A stretch of 64,000 nucleotides of DNA from Spirochaetia bacterium (GTDB taxonomy: Bacteria > Spirochaetota > Spirochaetia > CAKZLE01). The stretch covers positions 160,001 to 224,000 of the forward strand of contig OY782041.1 of assembly GCA_963677595.1 (NCBI GenBank). The letters run 5' to 3'. Below the pieces are notes generated by a model, which was given only the letters and a program-made list of their open reading frames with translations, did no database searches and was not told the origin of the DNA. Shown here piece after piece: positions 55,352 to 64,000 of this stretch. Both the position numbers and the translations under genes were made by a program. Every line of letters begins with the position of its first letter. Within the stretch, counting starts at the first letter, position 1.

Positions 55352-57142
55352 CTACCGGATCAGGACTGCCTTGATCCTCCGGACCCCGGCAGATGAGGAC
55401 TGCTCTTTCTTGATCTTGAAGGTCCCCATCGTGCCGGTCCGCTCGACATGTGGTCCGCCGCAGACCTCCTTTGAGAACTCACCGATGGTATAGACCTTCA
55501 CCTGTTCCCCGTACTTGCTGTCGAAGAACGCGAGGGCTCCAGCATCTCGGGCCTCCTCGAGCGTCATGATCTCCATGGTCACCGGAAGGTCTCTGCTGAT
55601 CTGCTCATTGACCACCTTCTCGATCTCGTCGAGCTGTTCGCGGGTCACCTTGTCCGGGTTGGTGAAGTCGAACCTGAGCCGTTCCGCCGTGATGTTGCTC
55701 CCCATCTGCTGTACATGGTCCCCGAGGAGGTTCCTTAAGGCACGGTGCAGCAGGTGTGTTGCAGTATGGAGCGCCGTCGTCATGTCTGAGTGGTCGGCAA
55801 GACCTCCCTTGAAGTTCTTCTCGGCCCCTGCACGGGATGCTTCCTGGTGTTTCTCGAACGCCTTGGCAAACCCTTCCCGGTCGACGGTGAACTCATGCTC
55901 TGCAGCAAGCTCCTCGGTGAGTTCCAAGGGGAACCCGTAGGTATCATAGAGCTTGAAGGCGATCCGGCCGGGAATGACCCGGGCCTTCCCCTTCATCAGG
56001 TTTGGGAGGATCTTCTGGAACTCATGCTCCCCCTTCTGCAGGGTCGCTGAGAACCGCTCCTCCTCCTTGTCGAGCTCCTCCCTGATGGAGTCAGCCTTAC
56101 CGGCAAGGACCGGATACGCTTCAGCATAGACCTCGAGCACATAGGAGACCAGCTGTGAGAGGAAAGCCCCCTCGATCCCGAGCTTCTTGCCGTGCCTGAC
56201 CGCACGCCTGATCAGGCGCCGCAGGATATATCCCTGGCCGAGGTTCGACGGGGTGATCGTCTTCTCATCGCCGAGCAGGAAGACCGACGTCCTGATATGG
56301 TCAGCAATGATCCTGATGGACATGTCAGCTGACCCGTCCTGTCCGTAGGTCTTGCCGGAGAGGTTCTCTATAGCCGCGATCAGCGGTCCGAAGACCTCGG
56401 TCTCGTAGACCGATCCCTTCCCCTGGAGCATCGCGATCGTACGCTCGATCCCCATGCCGGTATCGACGCACTTCCGCGCCAGCGGCAGGTAGCTCCCGTC
56501 AGCCTGCTTGTTATACTGCATGAAGACATCGTTCCAGATCTCGAAATACTTGCCGCAGTGGCATCCCGGGGCACAGCTTGGGCTGCATGCCGGCTTGCCG
56601 GTATCGATGAACATCTCCGAGTCAGGCCCGCACGGTCCTGTCTCTCCTGCCGGTCCCCACCAGTTATCCTTCCGCGGGAGGAAGAAGATCCTCTCCTCGG
56701 GGATCCCGAGACTCTTCCAGAGTTCTGCAGACTCGGTATCCCTTGGGACCTCGTCGTCGCCGGCGAAGATGGTGACCGAGAGCCGGTCCACGTCGAAACC
56801 GAGCCATTCGGGGGAGGTCAGGAACTCGAAGCTCATCCTGATCGCCTCATCCTTGAAGTAGTCCCCGAGGGACCAGTTACCGAGCATCTCGAAGAAGGTG
56901 AGATGGCTTGGGTCCCCGACCGACTCGATATCGCCGGTACGGATACACTTCTGGTAGTCAGTGAGGCGCGTCCCAGCAGGGTGAGGTTCCCCGAGCAGGT
57001 ACGGCACGAGCGGATGCATGCCTGCTGTGGTGAAGAGGACCGTCGGGTCATTCTCCGGGACCAGTGACTGTCCCGAGATCTGTGCATGGTTCTTCGATAC
57101 GAAGAAATCGATATATTTTTTGCGTAACTCATGTGCTTTCAT
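55352..57142 (-). CDS. alaS: Alanine-tRNA ligase, short form without the C-Ala domain
   Basis: FTTAGM, FEMLGNWS, DTGMGIER, LYDTYGFP, HTATHLL, CGGPH, GVRRI at the C-terminus. Confidence 0.96.
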   Translation of the reverse strand: MKAHELRKKYIDFFVSKNHAQISGQSLVPENDPTVLFTTAGMHPLVPYLLGEPHPAGTRLTDYQKCIRTGDIESVGDPSHLTFFEMLGNWSLGDYFKDEAIRMSFEFLTSPEWLGFDVDRLSVTIFAGDDEVPRDTESAELWKSLGIPEERIFFLPRKDNWWGPAGETGPCGPDSEMFIDTGKPACSPSCAPGCHCGKYFEIWNDVFMQYNKQADGSYLPLARKCVDTGMGIERTIAMLQGKGSVYETEVFGPLIAAIENLSGKTYGQDGSADMSIRIIADHIRTSVFLLGDEKTITPSNLGQGYILRRLIRRAVRHGKKLGIEGAFLSQLVSYVLEVYAEAYPVLAGKADSIREELDKEEERFSATLQKGEHEFQKILPNLMKGKARVIPGRIAFKLYDTYGFPLELTEELAAEHEFTVDREGFAKAFEKHQEASRAGAEKNFKGGLADHSDMTTALHTATHLLHRALRNLLGDHVQQMGSNITAERLRFDFTNPDKVTREQLDEIEKVVNEQISRDLPVTMEIMTLEEARDAGALAFFDSKYGEQVKVYTIGEFSKEVCGGPHVERTGTMGTFKIKKEQSSSAGVRRIKAVLIR

Positions 57143-57149
57143 GGGATTG

Positions 57150-57178
57150 ATACTATGCAAGGAACGTCATATTGTCAA
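57150..57178 (-). promoter_or_regulatory. alaS promoter (leaderless geometry)
   Basis: TTGACA-N17-TAGTAT, then 7 nt to ATG 57142. Confidence 0.7.
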
Positions 57179-57257
57179 CTGTCCCGGGCTCACCAACCGT
57201 ACCGGAGGGACAGTATTTTTACATCTCCCAGGGAAGTTCGGTCACACCGTCCCCTGC

Positions 57258-58442
57258 TCACCGCAGGCTCGCTGCATCTGCAGCATACCTGACCTTTGAT
57301 GCCCCGCAGCTGTGTGCAAGTCGCTGTACTGCGGACCGGATTGCACGGCAGGTCTCCTGATCCGGGATGAACCCCTCCTCAGGCCACCAGCTGCGTACCA
57401 GGAGGGTCCCTGTGCCCTTCTCGAGCACAGGTTCCAACCTGCCGATGAACCGGTCCCCGCAGAGGACCGGCAGCACATAGTACCCGTACTGTCGCTTGAC
57501 TGCCGGGGTATAGACCTCCCACCGGTAATGGAACCCGAAGAGCTCCTCAATGAGGTTCCTGTCCCAGATCATGCAGTCCAGCGGGGCAATGAGGGACGCT
57601 TCGGTGAACGTAGTGTCTCTCATTTCATGGAGGAGGTGCTCAGCCCATGACGGGATGTAAAACCCATCCCCATGGCCCTCGACTGTAACTTCCGTGACGC
57701 TCCCCGCCTCGATGAGCGCCTGCCATGCAGCCTTCCGCTGTACCGAACTCATCTCCATGCCGAGCCATGCATCGCTCGGGCGGTCCCACATGAGGCCCAC
57801 GGAGGCGATCCTTCTACCCAGGTACCACTGGTGGTACTCCTGCTCGCTGCTGAAGGGGTCAGGTGCATTGAGGATATCGGGAGGGATGAGATCCTCACTC
57901 CTCCCATAATACTTCCGTACCCCCTCCTTGTGGTGGACTATAAGCTCCCCGCTGTGGTACATGCTCTCGAGCACTGCCCTGCCCAGCTTTGCCGGAGCCC
58001 AGGCCCAATCCACCAGCCGGTCCTCCCCGATGTCTCCGGAAGAGATGTAGGGGTGGTCCCGTAGGTAGGCTGCTACCTCCCGGCGCATCCGGCCGAACTC
58101 ATGATCCCTTTTTCGGTAATGGTCCCTGAAAGTCTCACGTTTCCTTCTAAAGCAGGGCCAGTCCCCCACTGGGATGATCGACATGTTCTTGTCCCAGCCG
58201 TCGAAGAGCTTGCGCTGCCCGTAGAGCAGGTCATACAGCACCTGCGGGGTATACCCGTCACAGCGGGCAGCAAGCATGAGGTCCGCATTCCTCATGACTG
58301 TGCAGAGCGGATCATACTGCAGGCAGCCGACACGCTGCACATACTGCAGGATGTCCTCCTCCCCGGAGAGCCTTCCCTTGCTTTCGAGGTGGTGGTAGCG
58401 TGATAGGTACGATAATGCACGACCTGCCGATATGGTGATCAT
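57258..58442 (-). CDS. YcaQ/AlkZ-like (HTH_42) crosslink DNA glycosylase
   Basis: LQYDPL (QxD), APLDCMIWDR, LFGFHYRWEVYTP..KRQYGYYVLP. Confidence 0.88.
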   Translation of the reverse strand: MITISAGRALSYLSRYHHLESKGRLSGEEDILQYVQRVGCLQYDPLCTVMRNADLMLAARCDGYTPQVLYDLLYGQRKLFDGWDKNMSIIPVGDWPCFRRKRETFRDHYRKRDHEFGRMRREVAAYLRDHPYISSGDIGEDRLVDWAWAPAKLGRAVLESMYHSGELIVHHKEGVRKYYGRSEDLIPPDILNAPDPFSSEQEYHQWYLGRRIASVGLMWDRPSDAWLGMEMSSVQRKAAWQALIEAGSVTEVTVEGHGDGFYIPSWAEHLLHEMRDTTFTEASLIAPLDCMIWDRNLIEELFGFHYRWEVYTPAVKRQYGYYVLPVLCGDRFIGRLEPVLEKGTGTLLVRSWWPEEGFIPDQETCRAIRSAVQRLAHSCGASKVRYAADAASLR

Positions 58443-58525
58443 TATTGTCTCCCTCCCCTTCTCATCCTGGTCTCTCCTATTCTGCGGCAAAACGCCGGCT
58501 CTGTATAGGAAAAAGGAACAATCAT

Positions 58526-58574
58526 TGGACATCTGCTGCGTTTGCCGGTATACTGGCAATGCAAACGCTTGCAT
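58526..58574 (+). promoter_or_regulatory. Promoter and LacI/MalR-type operator of the lipoprotein-GH13 operon
   Basis: TGGACA-N17-TATACT (58526-58554) then ATGCAAACGCTTGCAT (58559-58574). Confidence 0.7.
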
Positions 58575-58586
58575 CAAGGAGGTCGT

Positions 58587-59390
58587 ATGCATACCCTAAG
58601 ATCCCTGCTGCTCATAGCTGCAGCAGCTGCCATACTGGTTTCCTGCCGGAGTCTGCCTCATGAACCGGGCATCTATCTGGACACTGGGACCGGCGAGGTC
58701 GAGTCGGGAGGCACCCTCCCGCTTTCCGCCTTCATCGACCTGCCGGCCGGGACCACGTCCTATACCTTTGAGTGGGAGACGAGCGGGGGAACCATCAGGA
58801 AGACGAGAGTCGAGAATGCGGTGGACTTCATGGCCCCGCAGGCAGAAGGAGTCTCAGAGATCACGGTCACCTACCGTGGTGATGGACTCCTCCTCACGGA
58901 CACTGCAGCAGTGAAGGTCCTGCAAAGCGGCGCCCTGGCCCCTGAGTCAACGGTCCTGATCAAGGTCGATACGAACACCCTCTCCGGTGTCTTCGTCGAC
59001 GAGAAGGCCCCTGCGGAGTCCTTCACCCCGCCCCTCACCATCAAGGGGACCTTCACCTACGACCCCTCTTCCGGACATGCCGCCTCAGGCGGTAACTGGC
59101 AGACCTATCTGATGTACGATGACGGGACCCATGGAGATGAGACGGCAGATGACGGGATCTGGTCCCTCCTCATGGTCTTCGAGAAGACGACCGAGAAGGT
59201 CTACTTTGCCTTCGATGAGGCTTCCCCCTACCGTGTGCAGTGGGAATCGGGACTCGCCTGGAGGCTTAAGGTCGCCTGGATAGACCTTGACGACTTCCCG
59301 AACGACCGGAGCAACCCGGCATTCATACCTGAGAAGGACCAGATCCTCTTCTGGGATGCCGGGATGGCTGAAGCAGGAGGCCTGCGATGA
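58587..59390 (+). CDS. Lipoprotein with an Ig-like N-domain and a DDG-x-HGD-x3-DDG (choice-of-anchor X-like) domain
   Basis: AGGAGG RBS, lipobox ILVSC, MYDDGTHGDETADDGIWS; ATGA overlap with the GH13 gene. Confidence 0.8.
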   Translation: MHTLRSLLLIAAAAAILVSCRSLPHEPGIYLDTGTGEVESGGTLPLSAFIDLPAGTTSYTFEWETSGGTIRKTRVENAVDFMAPQAEGVSEITVTYRGDGLLLTDTAAVKVLQSGALAPESTVLIKVDTNTLSGVFVDEKAPAESFTPPLTIKGTFTYDPSSGHAASGGNWQTYLMYDDGTHGDETADDGIWSLLMVFEKTTEKVYFAFDEASPYRVQWESGLAWRLKVAWIDLDDFPNDRSNPAFIPEKDQILFWDAGMAEAGGLR

Positions 59391-61864
59391 AACGACTCAT
59401 GATGATCACACTCCTCATACTGCTTACCGTCAGTACTGCAGCAGCCAAACAGCCGAGGCTCCAGGGGAAGTATATCTACAGTGACGGCACTGACTTCTTC
59501 CGCAGCCCCTCCTCCCCCGAAGTCGGGGAACCTGTCCTGATACGCATACAGGTCCGCACCGGCATGGCAGACGGGGTCTTGCTCCACCTCCCCGGGCGCG
59601 CACCGATATGGATGGCGCCACAGTCTGAGGAGGGGATCTTCACAATCTATGCGGCAGAGACACCGCCGATCATGGAGCAAACCAGCTACTACTTCCAGAT
59701 CACCCAGGGGGACAAGCAGGTCTTCTACTCCCGCAGGGGTGTCGAGGCCGGGACCCCGCCGACGGGTGTCCAGTTCCGTATCCAGCCGGGCTTCACCATC
59801 CCCGGGTGGATGGAAGGGGCAGTCCTCTACCAGGTCTTCACCGACCGGTTCTCTAACGGGGACCCCACCAATGATGTCCGTACGAACGAATACCTCTATG
59901 ACAACTACCCGGCGGTCGCAAAGGAGTGGGAAACACTCCCTGACAGCAGCAGGACCTATGCTGATGGATCAGACCGGACAAGAGAGTTCTACGGCGGGGA
60001 CATCCAGGGACTCATCGACAAGCTCGACTACCTGCAGGGTCTTGGGATCGAGGGGATCTACCTCAACCCGGTCTTCGTCTCGCCCTCGAACCATAAGTAC
60101 GATACACAGGATTATTACCACATCGATCCCCACTTCGGGGTGATCGTGCATGATGATGAGAGCCTGATCGTCCCGGGAGAGGACCCGAACTACGGCTCAC
60201 CGAAGTTTGACAGCGCCTCTACGGTGAACAGGGATGCTGCCGGGTATATCACGAGGACGACGGATGAGGCGAACCTCGCTGCCTCCGATGCCCTGTTCAA
60301 GCAGTTCGTAGACGAAGCCCATGCACGAGGGATCAGGGTCATCCTCGATGGGGTCTTCAACCATGCAGGATCCTTCAATCGGTGGTTCGACCGGGAGCAT
60401 CTCTATCCTTCCGACGGGGCGTATGAATCAGCTGGTTCACTCTGGGACGACTGGTTCATATTCCATGACCCCGACGGGTTCCCGGACAACGAGTCGTACG
60501 AAGCCTGGTATGGATTCAAGACCCTGCCGAAGATCAACATCTACGACGGATCGCCTGCCGAGCAGGCCATCCTCGACATCGCGGCGTACTGGGTCGGCCC
60601 CGAAATCGGGGTCGACGGCTGGCGGCTCGATGTCGCCGCAGAGGTGGGGACCACGGCAGAGTACAACCATACCTTCTGGGAACGCTTCAGGCAGGCGGTG
60701 AAGAAGGCGAATCCCGATGCCGTCATTTTAGCGGAGGTATACGGGGATTCATCCCCCTGGCTCGAGGGGGACGAGTGGGATACCATCATGAACTACGATG
60801 CGTTCTTCGATCCGGTCTCCTACTTCCTGACCGGGATGGAGAAACACAGCTGGAGCGAGTCGATCGAACTGCTGGACAACACGGATACCTTCTCCTCCAC
60901 CCTCGCAGACCGGATGGCGAGGCTCCCCTGGTCGTCGCTCTCATCGGCGATGAACGAACTCTCGAACCACGACCACTCGCGGTTCTACACCAGGACCGGC
61001 CGGTATGTGGATGCGACCAAGGCATCGCAGGACATCTCCGACCCGGCACTGGCGGATGACGGTCTGGACGAAGGGGTCCTCAAAGAGGCAGTACTCATGC
61101 AAATGTTCATGCCCGGGGCCCCGACCATCTACTACGGGGAGGAGGCCGGCCTCGCCGGCTTCACAGACCCGGACAGCAGGAGGACCTACCCCTGGGGGAC
61201 GGAGGATGAGAGTATCCTCTCCTTCTATCACGACGTGATCAGCCTGAGGACGCAGTTCAGCTGCGTCAGGGACGGCAGCTTCATGATCCTGCCAACCGGC
61301 AGGAAAGGGGTCTTCGCCTTCTCCCGCTGGGATGATGCCGACCAGGTGGTCGTCGTCACGAACAACCGTGAGGAGATGGTGCAGGTCAGCATCCCTGTGG
61401 ACCTGGCAGGGATCGATGAGAGGACACCGATGGAAGTGATCCTCTCCACGACTGCGGAAGACCATTCCACACAGGTAGTACCCGTAACACCAACGACAGA
61501 AGGCCTGCAGCTCGAACTGCCGCCACACGGGGGCATGGTGATCCAGGCCTCACGGGAGACGGTGAGAGACCGTGAGCTCTCCCGCCCGAAGGTGACAGGA
61601 TTCTCCATACCGAACGATGAGGTCCGTGGTTCAGTCACGATCCATTTCGACCGGCTCATGGACCCGAGGATGATCATCGACGCATTCTCCATGAGCCCGA
61701 AGCGGAACGGGCGGTTCTACTGGAACGGGCACTCGGTGACCTTCATCCCCTCTGCGGCAGTCTTCCCGGGTGAGTACACGATAACCATCGATGATACCAT
61801 CCGGTCAGTCGAGGGGAACCTCTCCCTTGAGGCACCGGTCAGCTGGAGGTTCACGGTACACTAA
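59387..61864 (+). CDS. Exported GH13 alpha-glucanase (neopullulanase/cyclomaltodextrinase-like) with C-terminal Ig-like domain
   Basis: Signal peptide; YQVFTDRF, HKYDT, DGVFNH, DGWRLDVA, AEVY, SNHD, PTIYYGEE; beta-rich tail. Confidence 0.9.
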   Translation: MKRLMMITLLILLTVSTAAAKQPRLQGKYIYSDGTDFFRSPSSPEVGEPVLIRIQVRTGMADGVLLHLPGRAPIWMAPQSEEGIFTIYAAETPPIMEQTSYYFQITQGDKQVFYSRRGVEAGTPPTGVQFRIQPGFTIPGWMEGAVLYQVFTDRFSNGDPTNDVRTNEYLYDNYPAVAKEWETLPDSSRTYADGSDRTREFYGGDIQGLIDKLDYLQGLGIEGIYLNPVFVSPSNHKYDTQDYYHIDPHFGVIVHDDESLIVPGEDPNYGSPKFDSASTVNRDAAGYITRTTDEANLAASDALFKQFVDEAHARGIRVILDGVFNHAGSFNRWFDREHLYPSDGAYESAGSLWDDWFIFHDPDGFPDNESYEAWYGFKTLPKINIYDGSPAEQAILDIAAYWVGPEIGVDGWRLDVAAEVGTTAEYNHTFWERFRQAVKKANPDAVILAEVYGDSSPWLEGDEWDTIMNYDAFFDPVSYFLTGMEKHSWSESIELLDNTDTFSSTLADRMARLPWSSLSSAMNELSNHDHSRFYTRTGRYVDATKASQDISDPALADDGLDEGVLKEAVLMQMFMPGAPTIYYGEEAGLAGFTDPDSRRTYPWGTEDESILSFYHDVISLRTQFSCVRDGSFMILPTGRKGVFAFSRWDDADQVVVVTNNREEMVQVSIPVDLAGIDERTPMEVILSTTAEDHSTQVVPVTPTTEGLQLELPPHGGMVIQASRETVRDRELSRPKVTGFSIPNDEVRGSVTIHFDRLMDPRMIIDAFSMSPKRNGRFYWNGHSVTFIPSAAVFPGEYTITIDDTIRSVEGNLSLEAPVSWRFTVH

Positions 61865-61871
61865 GGGTTTC

Positions 61872-61900
61872 ACAGGCAGTTTCCATAGGAAGCTGCCTGT
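61872..61900 (+). terminator. Hairpin after the GH13 gene
   Basis: ACAGGCAGTTTCC-ata-GGAAGCTGCCTGT. Confidence 0.6.
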
Positions 61901-61936
61901 ACTCCCGTGCAAACCGCAGCTTCTGGCTACGCGGTC

Positions 61937-61952
61937 ATGCAATCGCTTCCAT
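61937..61952. promoter_or_regulatory. Auxiliary LacI/MalR-type operator
   Basis: ATGCAATCGCTTCCAT, similar to the boxes at 58559 and 62075. Confidence 0.5.
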
Positions 61953-62042
61953 GGTTTTCACGACAGTTTTTACATATATGTCAAATATTCTCCTGTTTTC
62001 ATCCTGTTTTCGTTGAATGCTTGGTTTCGATGCAAAAAAACC

Positions 62043-62090
62043 TTGACAGATCGAACATTTCAGGTCCATAATTAATGCAATCGGTTGCAC
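62043..62090 (+). promoter_or_regulatory. malE promoter and LacI/MalR-type operator
   Basis: TTGACA-N18-CATAAT then ATGCAATCGGTTGCAC (62075-62090). Confidence 0.72.
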
Positions 62091-62125
62091 TGATTGTGCA
62101 AAGACAAACATCAATTATCAGGAGA

Positions 62126-63352
62126 ATGAAAATGAAGAAGATTTTATGTATCCTTCTCGCATTGACCGTCATGGCCGTACCGCTCTTTGCCGGTGGCCAG
62201 CAGGAAAAGACGACAGGGCCGGTGACCCTGACCCTGTGGACGCAGGAAGGCCAGTCAGAGAATGCGTTCCAGTTCGTGGAGAAACTTGCCAATGAGTATG
62301 CGGCCTCGACGAACATCGTCGCAGCCATCGAGGTCCTCAATAAAGAGACCGAGGCCCTCAGGGAGGATTTCCAGACAGCATCACTGGCCGGGACATCGCC
62401 CGACCTGCTCTGGACCGTGAACGACCATGCCGGCCCATTCGTCACTGCAGGGCTCATCCAGCCGGTCGAGAACCTCGTTGACATGAATGACTATGTCGAA
62501 TCGGTCATCATGGATGGCCATACCTGGGGAGTCCCTATCTCTTCGGGTAACCACCTCATGCTCCTCTACAACAAGAAATATATCACGACCCCGCCGGCAA
62601 CGACTGATGAGTTGATCGCCATGGCACAGGCAAACACGAAAGGCGACATGTACGGGCTCGCCTTCAATCTCGGGGAAGCCTTCTGGCTCGCACCCTGGCT
62701 CGGAGGGTTCGGCGGCAGAGTCTTCGCCGATGACGGCGTGACCCCGAGCCTCAACACGCCGGAAATGGTCGCCACCCTCGACTTCATGCAATCCCTCACC
62801 TATGACTACAAGGTCACACCGCTCGAGGCCGATTACGCAGTTGCCGACACCCTCTTCAAGGAGGGCAAGGCTGCCATGATCATCAACGGCGACTGGTCAC
62901 TCGGCGGGTATGCCGATGTCCTCGGTGATGACTTCGGTGCAGCTCCCCTGCCAAAGGTCGTAGCAACCGGTCTCTATCCAGCCCCCTACACGTCAGGGAA
63001 GTACTTCATGATCCCGGAAGACCTCGCACCCGAGAAGGTCGAGGCAGTCGTGGGCTTCATCAAGTTCGTGACTTCGAAGGCAAAACAGTATGAGCAGCTC
63101 GAGGTCCTCAACAGGCTTCCTGCCCTGAAGGCAGCCATGGATCATCCCGACATCGAGAATGACCCGGTCCTTGCCGGATCGATCGCGCAGCTGGCTAAGG
63201 GTACCCCGATGCCGTCAGTCCTCGAGATGAGGGCTATCTGGGACGCCATCAACCCCGAGCAGTCTGCGGTCATGGCAGGGACCCTCTCACCGGCAGAGGC
63301 TGCTGCCAACATGCAGGCTGCCGCAGTTACCGGCATCGAGAACCTGCAGTAA
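62126..63352 (+). CDS. malE: Maltose/maltodextrin ABC substrate-binding protein
   Basis: Signal FAGGQQE; PDLL..NDHAG, LLYNK, FKEGKAAMIINGDW, PMPSVLEMRAIW; next to GH13. Confidence 0.85.
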   Translation: MKMKKILCILLALTVMAVPLFAGGQQEKTTGPVTLTLWTQEGQSENAFQFVEKLANEYAASTNIVAAIEVLNKETEALREDFQTASLAGTSPDLLWTVNDHAGPFVTAGLIQPVENLVDMNDYVESVIMDGHTWGVPISSGNHLMLLYNKKYITTPPATTDELIAMAQANTKGDMYGLAFNLGEAFWLAPWLGGFGGRVFADDGVTPSLNTPEMVATLDFMQSLTYDYKVTPLEADYAVADTLFKEGKAAMIINGDWSLGGYADVLGDDFGAAPLPKVVATGLYPAPYTSGKYFMIPEDLAPEKVEAVVGFIKFVTSKAKQYEQLEVLNRLPALKAAMDHPDIENDPVLAGSIAQLAKGTPMPSVLEMRAIWDAINPEQSAVMAGTLSPAEAAANMQAAAVTGIENLQ

Positions 63353-63367
63353 CGCACACCCATCCCT

Positions 63368-63395
63368 GGCATCTCCAGCTCCTGCTGGAGATGCC
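63368..63395 (+). terminator. Stem-loop after malE
   Basis: GGCATCTCCAGC-tcct-GCTGGAGATGCC. Confidence 0.6.
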
Positions 63396-63465
63396 TTCCG
63401 CTCTTGAAGCATCGGAGGGGACCAGTCCTCAGGCACTGACCGTCCCCTCTTAGTGGAGGTATTTC

Positions 63466-64000
63466 ATGAATTCCCAAGTTGCCGCAAGGAGCCTGTCGCA
63501 GGTAAGTACGACCATTCTCGGCATGCTCATCGTGATCGCGCTCATCGAGGCCCTGGTCTTCTTGATCGGGAGAGTGCTCCTGCACCGCAGGAAGGTCATC
63601 GTCGCCATGCTGGTGACCCCTGCGATCATCGGGCTGGTCGTACTGATCGTCTATCCTATCATCTACGAGCTGGTACTCTCGTTCAGCAATATGAATCTCC
63701 GCCATTTCAAGGACCCGAGCTTCTCCCTAGCCAATGGTATCGAGAATTACATCAGGGTCTTCACGAAGCCTGTCCTGAAACAGGAGATGTTCTGGCCGGT
63801 ATTCTTCCGGACCATCCTCTGGACGCTGCAGGTCTTCATCCATGTTGCAGGCGGTATATTCCTCGCCCTGCTCCTCAACAGGCCGAGACTGCGGTTCAAG
63901 AACCTCTACAAGGGGATCCTCATCCTACCGTGGGCTATGCCCCAGGTCATCTCTGCCCTCACCTGGAGGGGAGAGTTCAACTTCCAGTACGGCTTCTTCA
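63466..64000 (+). CDS. Sugar ABC permease (MalF type), truncated by the window end
   Basis: GGAGG RBS; translated by hand: IVYPIIYELVLSFSN...GIENY...RTILWT...LALLLN...ILILPWAMP. Confidence 0.88.
   Translation, partial: MNSQVAARSLSQVSTTILGMLIVIALIEALVFLIGRVLLHRRKVIVAMLVTPAIIGLVVLIVYPIIYELVLSFSNMNLRHFKDPSFSLANGIENYIRVFTKPVLKQEMFWPVFFRTILWTLQVFIHVAGGIFLALLLNRPRLRFKNLYKGILILPWAMPQVISALTWRGEFNFQYGFF

Noticed and set aside
5588-61692. Many long antisense or off-frame ORFs (e.g. 11007-12014, 32161-32955, 36844-37707, 40728-41843, 47432-48289)
   Set aside because: They shadow well-identified genes, have no motifs, and are expected from the strong codon bias, which depletes stops on the opposite strand

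Overview
Chromosomal window from a free-living anaerobic spirochaete (Spirochaetales; the 'FASGKQE/FAGGQQE' binding-protein signal style and the murC-yicC-cmk-rpoZ-miaA cluster suggest a Sphaerochaeta/Spirochaeta-like organism, by inference). It holds about 60 genes, mostly housekeeping (folC, miaA, murC, rpoZ, prfA-prmC-rel, ychF, hflX, rlmN, alaS, nfnAB). There are three uptake/catabolic modules: a sulfatase with a BMP-type ABC transporter behind a perfect 18-bp palindrome; rpiR-aldolase-AfuABC-like; and a LacI-box-controlled lipoprotein + exported GH13 + MalE/MalF module. I saw no tRNA/rRNA, CRISPR, IS or phage genes. Most notable: a Bacteroides-type serine palmitoyltransferase-like gene between structured AT-rich spacers; two orphan structured-RNA candidates (about 33.08-33.25 kb and 46.49-46.61 kb); an operon joining a motif-divergent RqcH/NFACT to a macrodomain, a degenerate Memo and a membrane pseudokinase-like protein; trpR-trpB with no trpA; a monocistronic Zn-finger miniprotein that may be a ribosomal protein; a FadL-like barrel divergent from a patatin pair; and at least seven genes with leaderless-type promoters. 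All calls come from reading motifs by eye. No searches or folding programs were run.
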